DNA of 64,000 bases from Atribacterota bacterium (lineage in GTDB: Bacteria > Atribacterota > Phoenicimicrobiia > Phoenicimicrobiales > Stramentimicrobiaceae): NCBI GenBank assembly GCA_040767965.1, contig JAXGNR010000008.1, forward strand, positions 32,001-96,000. The letters run 5' to 3'. The position numbers were made by a program, and so were the translations under genes. The stretch's first letter is position 1, and each line of letters begins with the position of its first letter. Shown here in pieces: positions 20,264-29,475 of the stretch. Below the pieces are notes generated by a model. The model worked only from the letters and a program-made list of their open reading frames with translations, was not told the DNA's origin and did not search any database.

Positions 20264-21322
20264 GTGAGCGGGAAAAGAGTGAATCATAAAACATTAAATG
20301 AATTTTGTGCAAAAGCATTAGAAAAAGCAGGTCTTTCCAAAGAAAATGCCAACATAGCTGCTGATATTTTAGTAGAATGTGATATAAGGGGAGTTTATTC
20401 TCATGGAGTAGTTGCTCTTCCTTATTACATCAAACAGATGAAATTAGGAGGAATTAATGTACAAGCCGAGCCAGCCATTGAAAAAGAAGGCCTCTCTTAT
20501 ACTCTTCTTAACGGCAACGGTGGAATGGGTCAACTAAATGCTTATAAGGCTACCAAAATTGCCATTGAAAAAGCTAAAAAATCTGGAGTTGCAATTTCAA
20601 CTGTTAAAAACAGCAATCATTTTGGTGCCGGGGCAACTTATGCCCTTATGGCTGCCAGAGAAGGAATGATAGGGCAGGCTATTAGTAATGCACCTCCTAC
20701 CATGAGTGTTACCGGAGGAAAAGGAAGAAATATTGGGAATAATCCTTTTTCACTGGCTTCTCCAGCAGGGAAGCATTCTCCTGTAGTGCTGGATATGGCA
20801 ATGAGTGTGGTTGCTGCAGGTAAAATAGCAAATGCTGCTGTTGCCGGAGAGTCAATTCCAAAAGGATGGATGTTAGACAAAGACGGGCATGACACAAGTG
20901 ATCCTAAAGCTTTCCAGGAAGGAGGAGCATTATTACCCTTTGGAGGATATAAAGGTTATGGTCTCGCTGCATTCGTGGAAATATTAGCAGGTATTATGCC
21001 AGGTGCTGGAATTACTCATCAGGTTACAAGCTGGAAAAGAAAACCTGATGCTCCTACTCAAACAGGACATTTTATTCAGGTTATAAATGTGGATGCATTT
21101 ATGCCGATAGCTGAATTCAAGTCCCGTATTGATGAGTTTATTAATGAAATTCACAATTATCCTAGAGTTGATGGCTGTGAAAAAATATTTGTTCCTGGAG
21201 AAATTGAAAATATCACTGCCGAAAAAGCACTTCAGGAAGGTGTTTATTTAGCTGAAGGCACAGCCAAAGGATTAATTGAATTAGCAAAAGAAACAGGTCT
21301 TGATTATTCTTTTCTTTCATGA
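20264..21322 (+). CDS. Ldh_2-family 2-hydroxyacid dehydrogenase (ComC/AllD/YiaK-like)
   Basis: DIRGVYSHG, NSNHFGA, GNNPFS, LDMAMS, LPFGGYKGYGL, VPGE. Confidence 0.92.
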   Translation: MSGKRVNHKTLNEFCAKALEKAGLSKENANIAADILVECDIRGVYSHGVVALPYYIKQMKLGGINVQAEPAIEKEGLSYTLLNGNGGMGQLNAYKATKIAIEKAKKSGVAISTVKNSNHFGAGATYALMAAREGMIGQAISNAPPTMSVTGGKGRNIGNNPFSLASPAGKHSPVVLDMAMSVVAAGKIANAAVAGESIPKGWMLDKDGHDTSDPKAFQEGGALLPFGGYKGYGLAAFVEILAGIMPGAGITHQVTSWKRKPDAPTQTGHFIQVINVDAFMPIAEFKSRIDEFINEIHNYPRVDGCEKIFVPGEIENITAEKALQEGVYLAEGTAKGLIELAKETGLDYSFLS

Positions 21323-21343
21323 AAAACATGGTAAGATAAAAAA

Positions 21344-21395
21344 ATAAATGCTTAAGAAAAATTACTCCAAAAATGAATTTTTCTTAAGCATTTAT
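21344..21395. terminator. 20-bp AT-rich inverted repeat after Ldh_2 gene
   Basis: ATAAATGCTTAAGAAAAATT/AATTTTTCTTAAGCATTTAT. Confidence 0.55.
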
Positions 21396-21631
21396 AAGTA
21401 AAAAAGTTTACACTTGATCTGTTTTCATTTTTTTTAAACTATATTTATAAGTGTAATTTTGTTATACTGCTTATATAAATATTAAATATAAATACAAATA
21501 ACATAAGTTTCTTTCTCAACTAGCTTCATAACCTTATAAAATAAAAATTTAATCAATATTAAAAAAGAAATTTATTTAACTCTTATAATTCAACATTACA
21601 ACAAAACAAAACAGAAAGAAAGGGTAATATA

Positions 21632-23317
21632 ATGAAAACATGGGAATTAATTGCAAATATGATAAAAGAACAAGGGATTGAATATGTATTTGGCATAGGA
21701 GATACCGATTTACAGTTATATGCAGATCAAGTTAAAGGATTAAATGCTATTAACCTCAGATACGAAGGTTCTGCTCCTTTTATGGCAATGGCTTATTCCC
21801 GGTTAACAGGCAAGCCTGGGGTATGTAGCGGCAGCTCTGGCCCGGGTGTAGCGAGTCTGGTGCCAGGAGCATTAGAAGCTTTTTCTGGATGTGTTCCAAT
21901 GATAATTTTTGCACCTTCTATTAATCAAAAAACAGAAGGAATGGGTGAATTCCAGGAATGTGATCAAATAGGAATGATGAAACCTGTTACTAAGTGGAGT
22001 GCTCGTATTACTGACATAGAAAGAATACCATGGTTTGTGGAAAGGGCATTTTCTATTGCCATGAATGGTCAGCCAGGCCCTGTGTTTTTAGAGATGCCTA
22101 TTAACTTAGGAGGCAAATTAACCAGTGGCATTCTTGTTGATGTTGAACCTTTACAAAACTATAAACCAGTTAAAAAGATCAGAACAGCCGGGGATCCTAT
22201 TCTAATAAAAGATGCTGTTGAATTATTACATTCAGCCAAATATCCGGTAATAATTGCCGGAAATGGCCTTGTTTCTGCAAAAGCACATAATAACTTTAGA
22301 AATTTCATAGAATTATTGGGAATTCCCTTTTTAACTACCCCCGGAGGTAGAGGTATTGTAGAAGAAAGTCACCCGCTTTCTTTAGGTGTATGTGGAATTT
22401 ATAGGACAGAACATGCCAAAAATTACTACAAAGTTGCAGATTTGGTAATCTCTATAGGTAGCAGAAACGAAGGATTTCAATCTCACAGCTGGGCTGATTT
22501 TCCACTAGGAGCGAAATTTATACAAATTGATATTTCTCCTTTTGAGATTGGGAGAAACTGGAAACCAGATGTGGCTATTGTTGGAGATGCTGATTTGGTA
22601 TTACAGCAGCTTTTGGAGAACCTTAAAAGTGGATATTCTCATATACTGAATAATCAGAGCTATTTGGAAAGAGAAAGAATTCAAGAATTAGCTAAAAAGA
22701 AAGAAAACTATGAAAAAGAAGTAGATAAAGAATGTTTATCTGAAGAAATTCCTATTCCGGCAAAACGAATTGTTCATGAAGTAAGTAAGGTCTTTGGAGA
22801 AAATACGATCCTGGTAAACGAAAATGGGTCACAAGATACATGGTCATATTGTTACCCTTACTATAAAATACAAAAAGGCTCCTCATGTATACCTGTTGCT
22901 GAACAAACATGCATGGGGATGGGTGTTGTCGGTGCAATTGCAGCCAAACTGGTAAATCCTGACAAAAAAGTTGTTTGTATTGTTGGAGACGGAGCATTCC
23001 AGATGTATATGAAAGAACTGCCTACAGCAGCTCAATACAAAGCAGGTTGTACCTGGATAGTTTTAAATAATTCTGCCTTTGGATGGATTAAATACAATCA
23101 ATTAAAATTCGCAGGAAAAGATATTTCTACATTTAAAATTCAACCTGATTTTGTCAAATGGGCAGAAGCCTGTAATTGTTCCGGGATAAGAGTAGAACAA
23201 CCTTCAGAAACCAAACCAGCTCTGGAAAAAGCATTGCAATTAAACGAAAAGGGAATACCTGTGGTTCTTGATATAATAACCGGCTTAGATCTTTCCCATT
23301 TTGAGAAAGCGCTATAA
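21632..23317 (+). CDS. Thiamine-diphosphate-dependent enzyme (acetolactate synthase/decarboxylase superfamily)
   Basis: RYEGSA, SGPG, GQPGPV, GDGAF...LNN TPP-binding motif. Confidence 0.88.
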   Translation: MKTWELIANMIKEQGIEYVFGIGDTDLQLYADQVKGLNAINLRYEGSAPFMAMAYSRLTGKPGVCSGSSGPGVASLVPGALEAFSGCVPMIIFAPSINQKTEGMGEFQECDQIGMMKPVTKWSARITDIERIPWFVERAFSIAMNGQPGPVFLEMPINLGGKLTSGILVDVEPLQNYKPVKKIRTAGDPILIKDAVELLHSAKYPVIIAGNGLVSAKAHNNFRNFIELLGIPFLTTPGGRGIVEESHPLSLGVCGIYRTEHAKNYYKVADLVISIGSRNEGFQSHSWADFPLGAKFIQIDISPFEIGRNWKPDVAIVGDADLVLQQLLENLKSGYSHILNNQSYLERERIQELAKKKENYEKEVDKECLSEEIPIPAKRIVHEVSKVFGENTILVNENGSQDTWSYCYPYYKIQKGSSCIPVAEQTCMGMGVVGAIAAKLVNPDKKVVCIVGDGAFQMYMKELPTAAQYKAGCTWIVLNNSAFGWIKYNQLKFAGKDISTFKIQPDFVKWAEACNCSGIRVEQPSETKPALEKALQLNEKGIPVVLDIITGLDLSHFEKAL

Positions 23318-23367
23318 ATAAAATTATTTTCTTAAAACGAGAATGAAACAAGGAGGTCTATTAAACA

Positions 23368-25236
23368 ATGACTAATAATTCAGCAATACAGCTAAGAGTA
23401 TCATTAAATGACCAGACTTATAAGGTTGAAAATATTAAAGAAAGCATCCTCAAAGACTATTTAGGAGGCGTAGGTTATGCAGCCAAGCTTTTGTATGATG
23501 AGCTTGAGCCGAAGATAGACCCTTTGAGTGAAAAAAATAAAATAATCTTTGCTGTCGGTCCTTTAACATCATACCAGATTCCAGGAGGGGGAAGTGTTGA
23601 GATTTGTTTTAAATCACCACTTACCAATGCCTGGGGAGAAGCCAGATGTGGGGGAGATTTTGGTCCAGAACTGAAAAAAGCCGGCTATGAATGTCTTATT
23701 CTGGAAGGAAAATCTTCTAAGCCGGTTTATTTAGTTATTGATGATGAAAATGTTTATTTTCGAGATGCCAGTCATTTAACTGGAAAAATGGTTTCTGAAA
23801 AGACCAGGATTATCCTGAACGAATTAAATGATACTAATTTTTCAGTAATGACTATTGGAATAGCAGGAGAGAATTTAGTAAGAATAGCGGCGGTAATGCT
23901 GGAAGGAAGAGCTGCCGGCAGATGTGGCGCCGGAGCAGTAATGGGAGCAAAAAACATTCTGGCTGTTGCTGTTAAAGGTACAAAAAAGATAATTCCTCAG
24001 AATAAAGAAGAATATAATGCTGCTCTCAAAGAAGCACGACAGATAATTAAAGATAGTGATACTGCCAAAGGTTTTCGTGAATTTGGCACTATTGGCGATA
24101 TGGCCGGTAATGATGCTGCTGGTGATTGGCCTACTAAGAATTGGCAATCTAACAGCTGGGGCAAAGGAGAAGAATTATTTGATTATTACAATAAAAATAA
24201 CTTTGTAAGAAATCAGATGTGTTATAAGGGATGTCCTATTGCCTGCGGAAGGATTGCCCGGGTAAAAGAAGGAGTATACAAGACTCCGGAGCATGAAGGG
24301 GCAGAATATGAAACTGTCAGTGCTTTTACAGCCTTTGTGCTTAATCAAGACGTAGATGCTGCTATCAATTGCAGTTATTTATGCAACGAATTTGGCATTG
24401 ATACAATTTCCACAGGGGCACTGATTGCCTTTGCTATGGAATGTTATGAGCATAATCTGCTATCTCCGGCAGAAGTCGAACAACTGGATCTGTCCTGGGG
24501 TAATGCCCAGATCCTGCCTGTCTTGACAGAAAAGATAGCTCGCAGGGATGGCATAGGAAACTTACTGGCAGAAGGAGTTGTCAGAGCTGCCGAAAAAATA
24601 GGACACAATGCCCGGGAATTTGCTATTCATGCCAAAGGATTAGAGGGTCCGGCCCACGATCCCCGTTCAGGGAAACTGCTGGCAGTAACCTATGGTACTG
24701 GAAACAGAGGGATGTGTCATATTCATCCTTTAGAAGGAATGGCTTATGATTCCGGTAAGATGACCTGGGGGATGCTCTCTCATGGAGTACCCGACCCAAA
24801 TCAGCTGCACCGCTGGGATGAGATAGGAAAAGGCAAGATTACCAAGATCCTACAGGATGGCTTAGTCATGCCTGATGTTCTTGGAGTATGTAAATTTTTT
24901 ATGTATGCAGGATTGACTTTAGGAAATTACGCTAAAATATTATCAGCTTTAACCGGCTGGAAAATAGAAGATAAGGATTTGCTCCAAATAGGAGAAAGGG
25001 TGAATAATTTACAAAGATTATTCAATATCAGAGAAGGGTTTAGTAAAAAAGATGACAATATTCCTGATAGAGTAAAAAACCTTCCCTCTTTCGGTATTTA
25101 TCAAAAAGAAGAACGGTGTGCAATTACCCGGTATGATGAGATGCTGGAAGAATATTATATTGCCCGTGGCTGGGATCTGATAACAGGGAAACCGAAAGCT
25201 GAAAAGCTGGCAGAACTTGGATTGTCTGATTATTAA
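23368..25236 (+). CDS. aor: Aldehyde:ferredoxin oxidoreductase (W/Mo-pterin)
   Basis: KSPLT, AGENLV, GRCGAGAVMGAKN, CYKGCPIAC, EYET, GIDTISTG, HDPR, RGMCH. Confidence 0.93.
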   Translation: MTNNSAIQLRVSLNDQTYKVENIKESILKDYLGGVGYAAKLLYDELEPKIDPLSEKNKIIFAVGPLTSYQIPGGGSVEICFKSPLTNAWGEARCGGDFGPELKKAGYECLILEGKSSKPVYLVIDDENVYFRDASHLTGKMVSEKTRIILNELNDTNFSVMTIGIAGENLVRIAAVMLEGRAAGRCGAGAVMGAKNILAVAVKGTKKIIPQNKEEYNAALKEARQIIKDSDTAKGFREFGTIGDMAGNDAAGDWPTKNWQSNSWGKGEELFDYYNKNNFVRNQMCYKGCPIACGRIARVKEGVYKTPEHEGAEYETVSAFTAFVLNQDVDAAINCSYLCNEFGIDTISTGALIAFAMECYEHNLLSPAEVEQLDLSWGNAQILPVLTEKIARRDGIGNLLAEGVVRAAEKIGHNAREFAIHAKGLEGPAHDPRSGKLLAVTYGTGNRGMCHIHPLEGMAYDSGKMTWGMLSHGVPDPNQLHRWDEIGKGKITKILQDGLVMPDVLGVCKFFMYAGLTLGNYAKILSALTGWKIEDKDLLQIGERVNNLQRLFNIREGFSKKDDNIPDRVKNLPSFGIYQKEERCAITRYDEMLEEYYIARGWDLITGKPKAEKLAELGLSDY

Positions 25237-25271
25237 AAATATTTTATAAATTTTTTTACGAAAGCGAAAAA

Positions 25272-25511
25272 ATGAATATAAAAGTAAAAATTAGACTTTA
25301 TACTAGTTTAAAAAAATATTCAATTAAATTAAATCAAGATAGCACCCTGGTTTTAAATAAAAAAATAACCCTGGAAGATTTATCCCGCTATCTAGAAATA
25401 CCAGAAGACCTAGGCCGGGTATACCTGGTAGATAAATTCCCAAAAGAAAAAGATTATTTTTTAAAAGATGGAGATGAAGTAAAAATATTTCCTTTTTTAG
25501 GTGGAGGGTAA
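25272..25511 (+). CDS. MoaD/ThiS ubiquitin-like sulfur carrier
   Basis: 79 aa, LKDGDEV.IFP, C-terminal GG; follows AOR. Confidence 0.88.
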   Translation: MNIKVKIRLYTSLKKYSIKLNQDSTLVLNKKITLEDLSRYLEIPEDLGRVYLVDKFPKEKDYFLKDGDEVKIFPFLGGG

Positions 25512-25690
25512 AAAGTTTTTTTAGAAAATGAAATAATTAAAATTATAAAAAGCTTTTCAGTTGAAGCAAGTAAATATTTATTTCTTTTAAAAGAGAAAGT
25601 TGCCTTAAAAAGGAACAATTTAAAAATATCATCATATAGATAAGAATTTTTTAGACAATATAATTTCTTTGTCAAATAAAATTCACATGA

Positions 25691-25912
25691 TGTGATAATC
25701 AAGAGGATTACATTGGTTTTATTGTATCTTTGGCTCTTTTTTGTGCCATGGTATCTTTTATTTTCAGTGGACTAATCATTCCCTTTATTTTCAGTAAGCT
25801 AAAGCTTGATCCGGCAAATGTAAGTGGTCCAATTGATACAATTATTCAGGATATTATCAGTATTACTATTTATTTTAGCATTGCCCATATCTTACTTTAT
25901 ATTTTCAGATAG
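25691..25912 (+). pseudogene. mgtE: C-terminal fragment of MgtE magnesium transporter
   Basis: KLKLDPANVSGP.DT.IQDI.....YF matches the MgtE last TM segments; in-frame stop at 25688; final stop falls inside the IS left end. Confidence 0.7.
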
Positions 25913-27640
25913 TGTAAAATTTCAGTAGGTGTTTTAAGGATATCACTTGTCAGTAGGTCAACAAAAAAGGTAGACTTACCTCATAGAACAAAACAATAGA
26001 AAAAGAAGAAACATTCTTTTTCTAAAAGGAGGTAAATCTACCTGATGAAAGACTTATCTTTAACTATTACATTACCGTCTCTACAAGTGACTATAGCAGA
26101 AGACGAGCTGGATTTCCAGCACCTGGAAAAATTTGTTTTTCACCTAACTAAAATTATAGGCCAGCACATTCTAACCAGCATATTGCAGTTCCTTGACAAC
26201 CAATTAAGAAAAGAAAGGCAAAGAGGCAAACTTTCCAACTGTGGAAAGCGCAGCAAATATCTCTTGACCCTTCTGGGCAATATCAGCTATCAGAAGCATC
26301 TCTACCGGGATCAAGAAGGCCAGTACCACTGTCTTTTGGATGAAAAGCTTGGCCTAACACCCAATCAGCGTATGAGCACCCATTATCAGAAGATTACCGG
26401 CTTGTTCTCTTTTCTGGCCGGCAGCTACCGTAATGCCCAGAGATTTCTGGAGTACTGTTATGGGGATTCAGTAAGTTTTGAATGTATGCGCAGACAGGTA
26501 CAATCCCAGGGTACTAGTATTCAACAACTAGAAGAATACGCCTTTGACCAACAATTAGAAGAAACCCTCAAATCAACCTCTATCCCAGTTCAATCAGATC
26601 CCATCTATCTGGAGGTAGACGGTACCATGATTCACCTGCAAAAACAAACAAAGAAAAAGGCAGAACTAAAACTGGCTATCATTCACAAAGGAAAGGAAAA
26701 GAGATACCCTTTGGGAAGCTCGGATGCCAGAAAGCTCAAAGATAAACTAGCCTATGCCGGCCTTGGTCCAGCAGATGAATTTATGGCTAAGGTCAGTCTC
26801 TTAGCCGAAAACAAATACCAGGTGTATGACCATAACCTTATCCTGGTAGGAGGAGATGGGGCCAGCTGGATCAAAGACGGCGCCCAGGATTATTTCCCGA
26901 ACTCCATCTATCAGTTATGCCCCTTTCACCTAAAACGAAAATTAACCCAGAGTCTTTCCTATAACCCTAAAAGAAAATCCCAGATCAGCTCGCTCTTGCA
27001 AGAAGGCAACATCTCAGAAGCGCTCCTTTTATTGGAAGAAGAAAAAACTAAGAATTCTAAGAAAGAAGATGAATTAAATGAGCTGACTACCTATCTTGTC
27101 AACAATTATGATGGAATCAAGGCCATAGATCGCCTGAAAGAGGAAGGATTGCCTGTTGATACCATGGGTGCCATAGAAGGTAATATCGATAAGATCCTGG
27201 CCAACCGCTTCAAGAAACGAGGGATGAGCTGGTCTACTTCCGGGGCACTGAACCTGGCCAAGGTGGGACAGTTGATCGTAAATGATGACTGGGATGACTT
27301 CTGGCCCATAAAAGAGGAGGAGCTGGCCTTCAAACAGGTCAACCCCCAAAAGGGCGTTCACCTACCCCAAGAGAATAAATATGATAAACAGTATTCTCTT
27401 CCGGTATTGGTAGGCCCTCACCAGGATAGAAGCTGGGTAAAACAGTTAAAGGAGCTAATCAGTATTCATTAATCAAAAATTGATAAAAAAAAGAATATAG
27501 GAGCGTATTATTAGAATGTATTGCTATTATTATTCTCGGTTTGCTGTTAGAATTTACCTATAATCACTTACACTTTAACTTAATTTAATTTCCATAATTT
27601 TTGAGGTAAGGAAAAGTACCCACAAGTAGTTGACACTAAC
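25908..27640 (+). mobile_element. ISLre2-family insertion sequence
   Basis: Imperfect terminal IRs GATAGTGTAAAATTTCAGTAGGTG vs revcomp GTTAGTGTCAACTACTTGTGGGTA; single transposase; visibly higher GC; no TSD seen. Confidence 0.8.
26045..27472 (+). CDS. ISLre2-family (UPF0236) transposase
   Basis: YLEVDG, GGDGASWI, LCPFHL, GAIEG, RFKKRGMSWS.SGA. Confidence 0.9.
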   Translation: MKDLSLTITLPSLQVTIAEDELDFQHLEKFVFHLTKIIGQHILTSILQFLDNQLRKERQRGKLSNCGKRSKYLLTLLGNISYQKHLYRDQEGQYHCLLDEKLGLTPNQRMSTHYQKITGLFSFLAGSYRNAQRFLEYCYGDSVSFECMRRQVQSQGTSIQQLEEYAFDQQLEETLKSTSIPVQSDPIYLEVDGTMIHLQKQTKKKAELKLAIIHKGKEKRYPLGSSDARKLKDKLAYAGLGPADEFMAKVSLLAENKYQVYDHNLILVGGDGASWIKDGAQDYFPNSIYQLCPFHLKRKLTQSLSYNPKRKSQISSLLQEGNISEALLLLEEEKTKNSKKEDELNELTTYLVNNYDGIKAIDRLKEEGLPVDTMGAIEGNIDKILANRFKKRGMSWSTSGALNLAKVGQLIVNDDWDDFWPIKEEELAFKQVNPQKGVHLPQENKYDKQYSLPVLVGPHQDRSWVKQLKELISIH

Positions 27641-27656
27641 TTTTATACAAAAATGA

Positions 27657-27686
27657 TTGACAGAATAATAAAAGGAAATTTATAAT
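27657..27686 (+). promoter_or_regulatory. Sigma70-type promoter ahead of c-di-GMP riboswitch
   Basis: TTGACA-18-TATAAT. Confidence 0.55.
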
Positions 27687-27766
27687 TATAATGTAAAAAA
27701 GAAAACAGTAATTCACAAGAGCATAAGGGGTTCGCCTATAAAGCAAATATAGAGCAAAGAAGCTCT

Positions 27767-27862
27767 AAGCTGAGAAAGGTTAACCATCGGTAACGATGGG
27801 ACGCAAAGTTACGGGTCCCGCTCCATTTAACCCCCTCAATGGGACTGCCGGACTGCCTGCTT
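27767..27862 (+). ncRNA. c-di-GMP-I (GEMM) riboswitch
   Basis: GGTTAACCATCG-GTAA-CGATGGGACGCAAAG...GGGTCCC...GGGACTGCCGGACTGCC. Confidence 0.8.
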
Positions 27863-28047
27863 CCTCTCCCTAATAATCTTTATAAATTTCTTTAAATATA
27901 TTACATTAGAAGCCATTTTTAAGAGCACCATAATATAACCATAGATTGTTTTCTATTTTTTCTGTATATTATTAGACCTAAAAACAGAGGACGGTTATCT
28001 GTTTGACATCTTTTTCGTTTGTTCAGAATCATTTGGTATAGTAGAAA

Positions 28048-28082
28048 AACCAGCCCCTCAGCTGGATGCTGAGGGGCTGGTT
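28048..28082. repeat. 15-bp GC-rich inverted repeat
   Basis: AACCAGCCCCTCAGC/GCTGAGGGGCTGGTT. Confidence 0.75.
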
Positions 28083-28226
28083 AAGGTTACTTTGATTCTA
28101 TTTTATAATTATTTATGTTTATAGAAACATTTATGCACTCAGGACAATTGTCTTAACAGTATCCCCAACCCGGAATGAACCTGAATGGTTAGTTATATTA
28201 AAATCATTCTTTTAGGAGGTTTGAAT

Positions 28227-29081
28227 ATGAAAAAAATACTTGTATATACATTCATGGTTTTTTTCTTTCTGTTTTTGAGTTTTGTATTGATCACTAATGC
28301 CTCAGCTTCTGAACAATCCCTGGTTTCCCTTTCCTCTGGTGCATTCCTGATAGAAAAACCTGCAGAATACAGTCTCACTTTTTACAGTTTCTATATCATG
28401 GATGAAAATCCTGAAACAGGCTGGTGCTCTCCGGAGGGAGAAATTTCTGACCACACATTTGTCTTTGAACTTGCTGAAGAGACTGTATTGCATAGTCTGG
28501 AGTTTGATACCGCCTATGTAGATACAGAAGGAAGTGGTGTCAAAGATATACTGGTTGAGCTTTCCAAGGAAAATCCCACAGAGGGATTTCATGAGTTGAC
28601 CCGGATATCACTGCAGGACCAGCAGGACAAACAGCAATTTGCCGTTTCTGATAAGCTATCCGGAAGATGGCTTCGATTGACAATTTTAAATAATCATGGT
28701 TCTGCTGAATATACAGAGCTGCTGGATTTTCGTGCCTATGGTGAGCAATTGACCGAAACCCCATTACCCGATGTTTCCGGAACTTATACCAGTGATTTTC
28801 ACAGTGACTTTCACCTCCTGCATCAGGGTACCTCACTTACAGGATGTTATGAATGGGATGAAGGATTACTGAATGGTACCTTTGAAGGAAAAATGGCGAA
28901 ATTGACCTGGGAAGATAGTTACGACAAAGGCCCGGGTATATTGGTTTTTTCTTCAGATGGAGAAAGATTCTTTGGCCTGTGGTGGTATGAGGGTAACGAA
29001 GACTACCAGGCTGAAATGTGGGAAGGTGTAAAACAATCTTCTGATGTGGGCGGCTGTCCACATTGGGATAGTGGTTCATAG
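28227..29081 (+). CDS. Secreted discoidin (F5/8 type C)-like domain protein
   Basis: RBS GGAGG, signal peptide, MDENPETGWCS, GRWLRLTILNNHG, ELLDFRAYG; second beta-rich domain. Confidence 0.65.
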   Translation: MKKILVYTFMVFFFLFLSFVLITNASASEQSLVSLSSGAFLIEKPAEYSLTFYSFYIMDENPETGWCSPEGEISDHTFVFELAEETVLHSLEFDTAYVDTEGSGVKDILVELSKENPTEGFHELTRISLQDQQDKQQFAVSDKLSGRWLRLTILNNHGSAEYTELLDFRAYGEQLTETPLPDVSGTYTSDFHSDFHLLHQGTSLTGCYEWDEGLLNGTFEGKMAKLTWEDSYDKGPGILVFSSDGERFFGLWWYEGNEDYQAEMWEGVKQSSDVGGCPHWDSGS

Positions 29082-29285
29082 ATATGATGAAAATTTTCTA
29101 CGAAAGGGGTGAGGATATCTTTCGTTTGATAAAAATTTATTTTAGATAAAAAGAAGTAATCGAATATGAAAGGAATATTGCTATTACATAAAAAGCTTGT
29201 AATCTTCTCTTGTTTTATTTTATGGTATTCCTCCGATAACCCAGACACCAAATTAAGATACTTTTTCCTATCTTAACATTTTATA

Positions 29286-29460
29286 TTAATCCAGATTATA
29301 GTATCTTATTGAGGAATACAATCTTTCTATATTGTAATAGATTTTAATGTATTCAGGAATATCCCTTTGCTCATCTCTTCTGGTCTGGTATTTATTCTGA
29401 TAAATTAATTCTATTTTTAATGTGTGGTAGAAACTTTCCATCACTAGATTATGCTCTGCT
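29286..29460 (-). pseudogene. IS3-family transposase remnant (integrase C-terminus)
   Basis: MESFYHTLKIELIY...YQTR....DIPEYI..YYN.ERLYSSI.Y matches the IS3 OrfB C-terminal pattern; no 5' part. Confidence 0.8.
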
Positions 29461-29475
29461 GGGAATAAAAGTCTA

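Noticed and set aside
27725-27776. TPP-riboswitch-like 5' half (AGGGG...GCTGAGA) and distant ACCC..GAACCTGA near 28168-28184
   Set aside because: The halves are about 390 nt apart, the P5 loop and GCGTAGGGA are missing, and GCTGAGA overlaps P1 of the c-di-GMP aptamer
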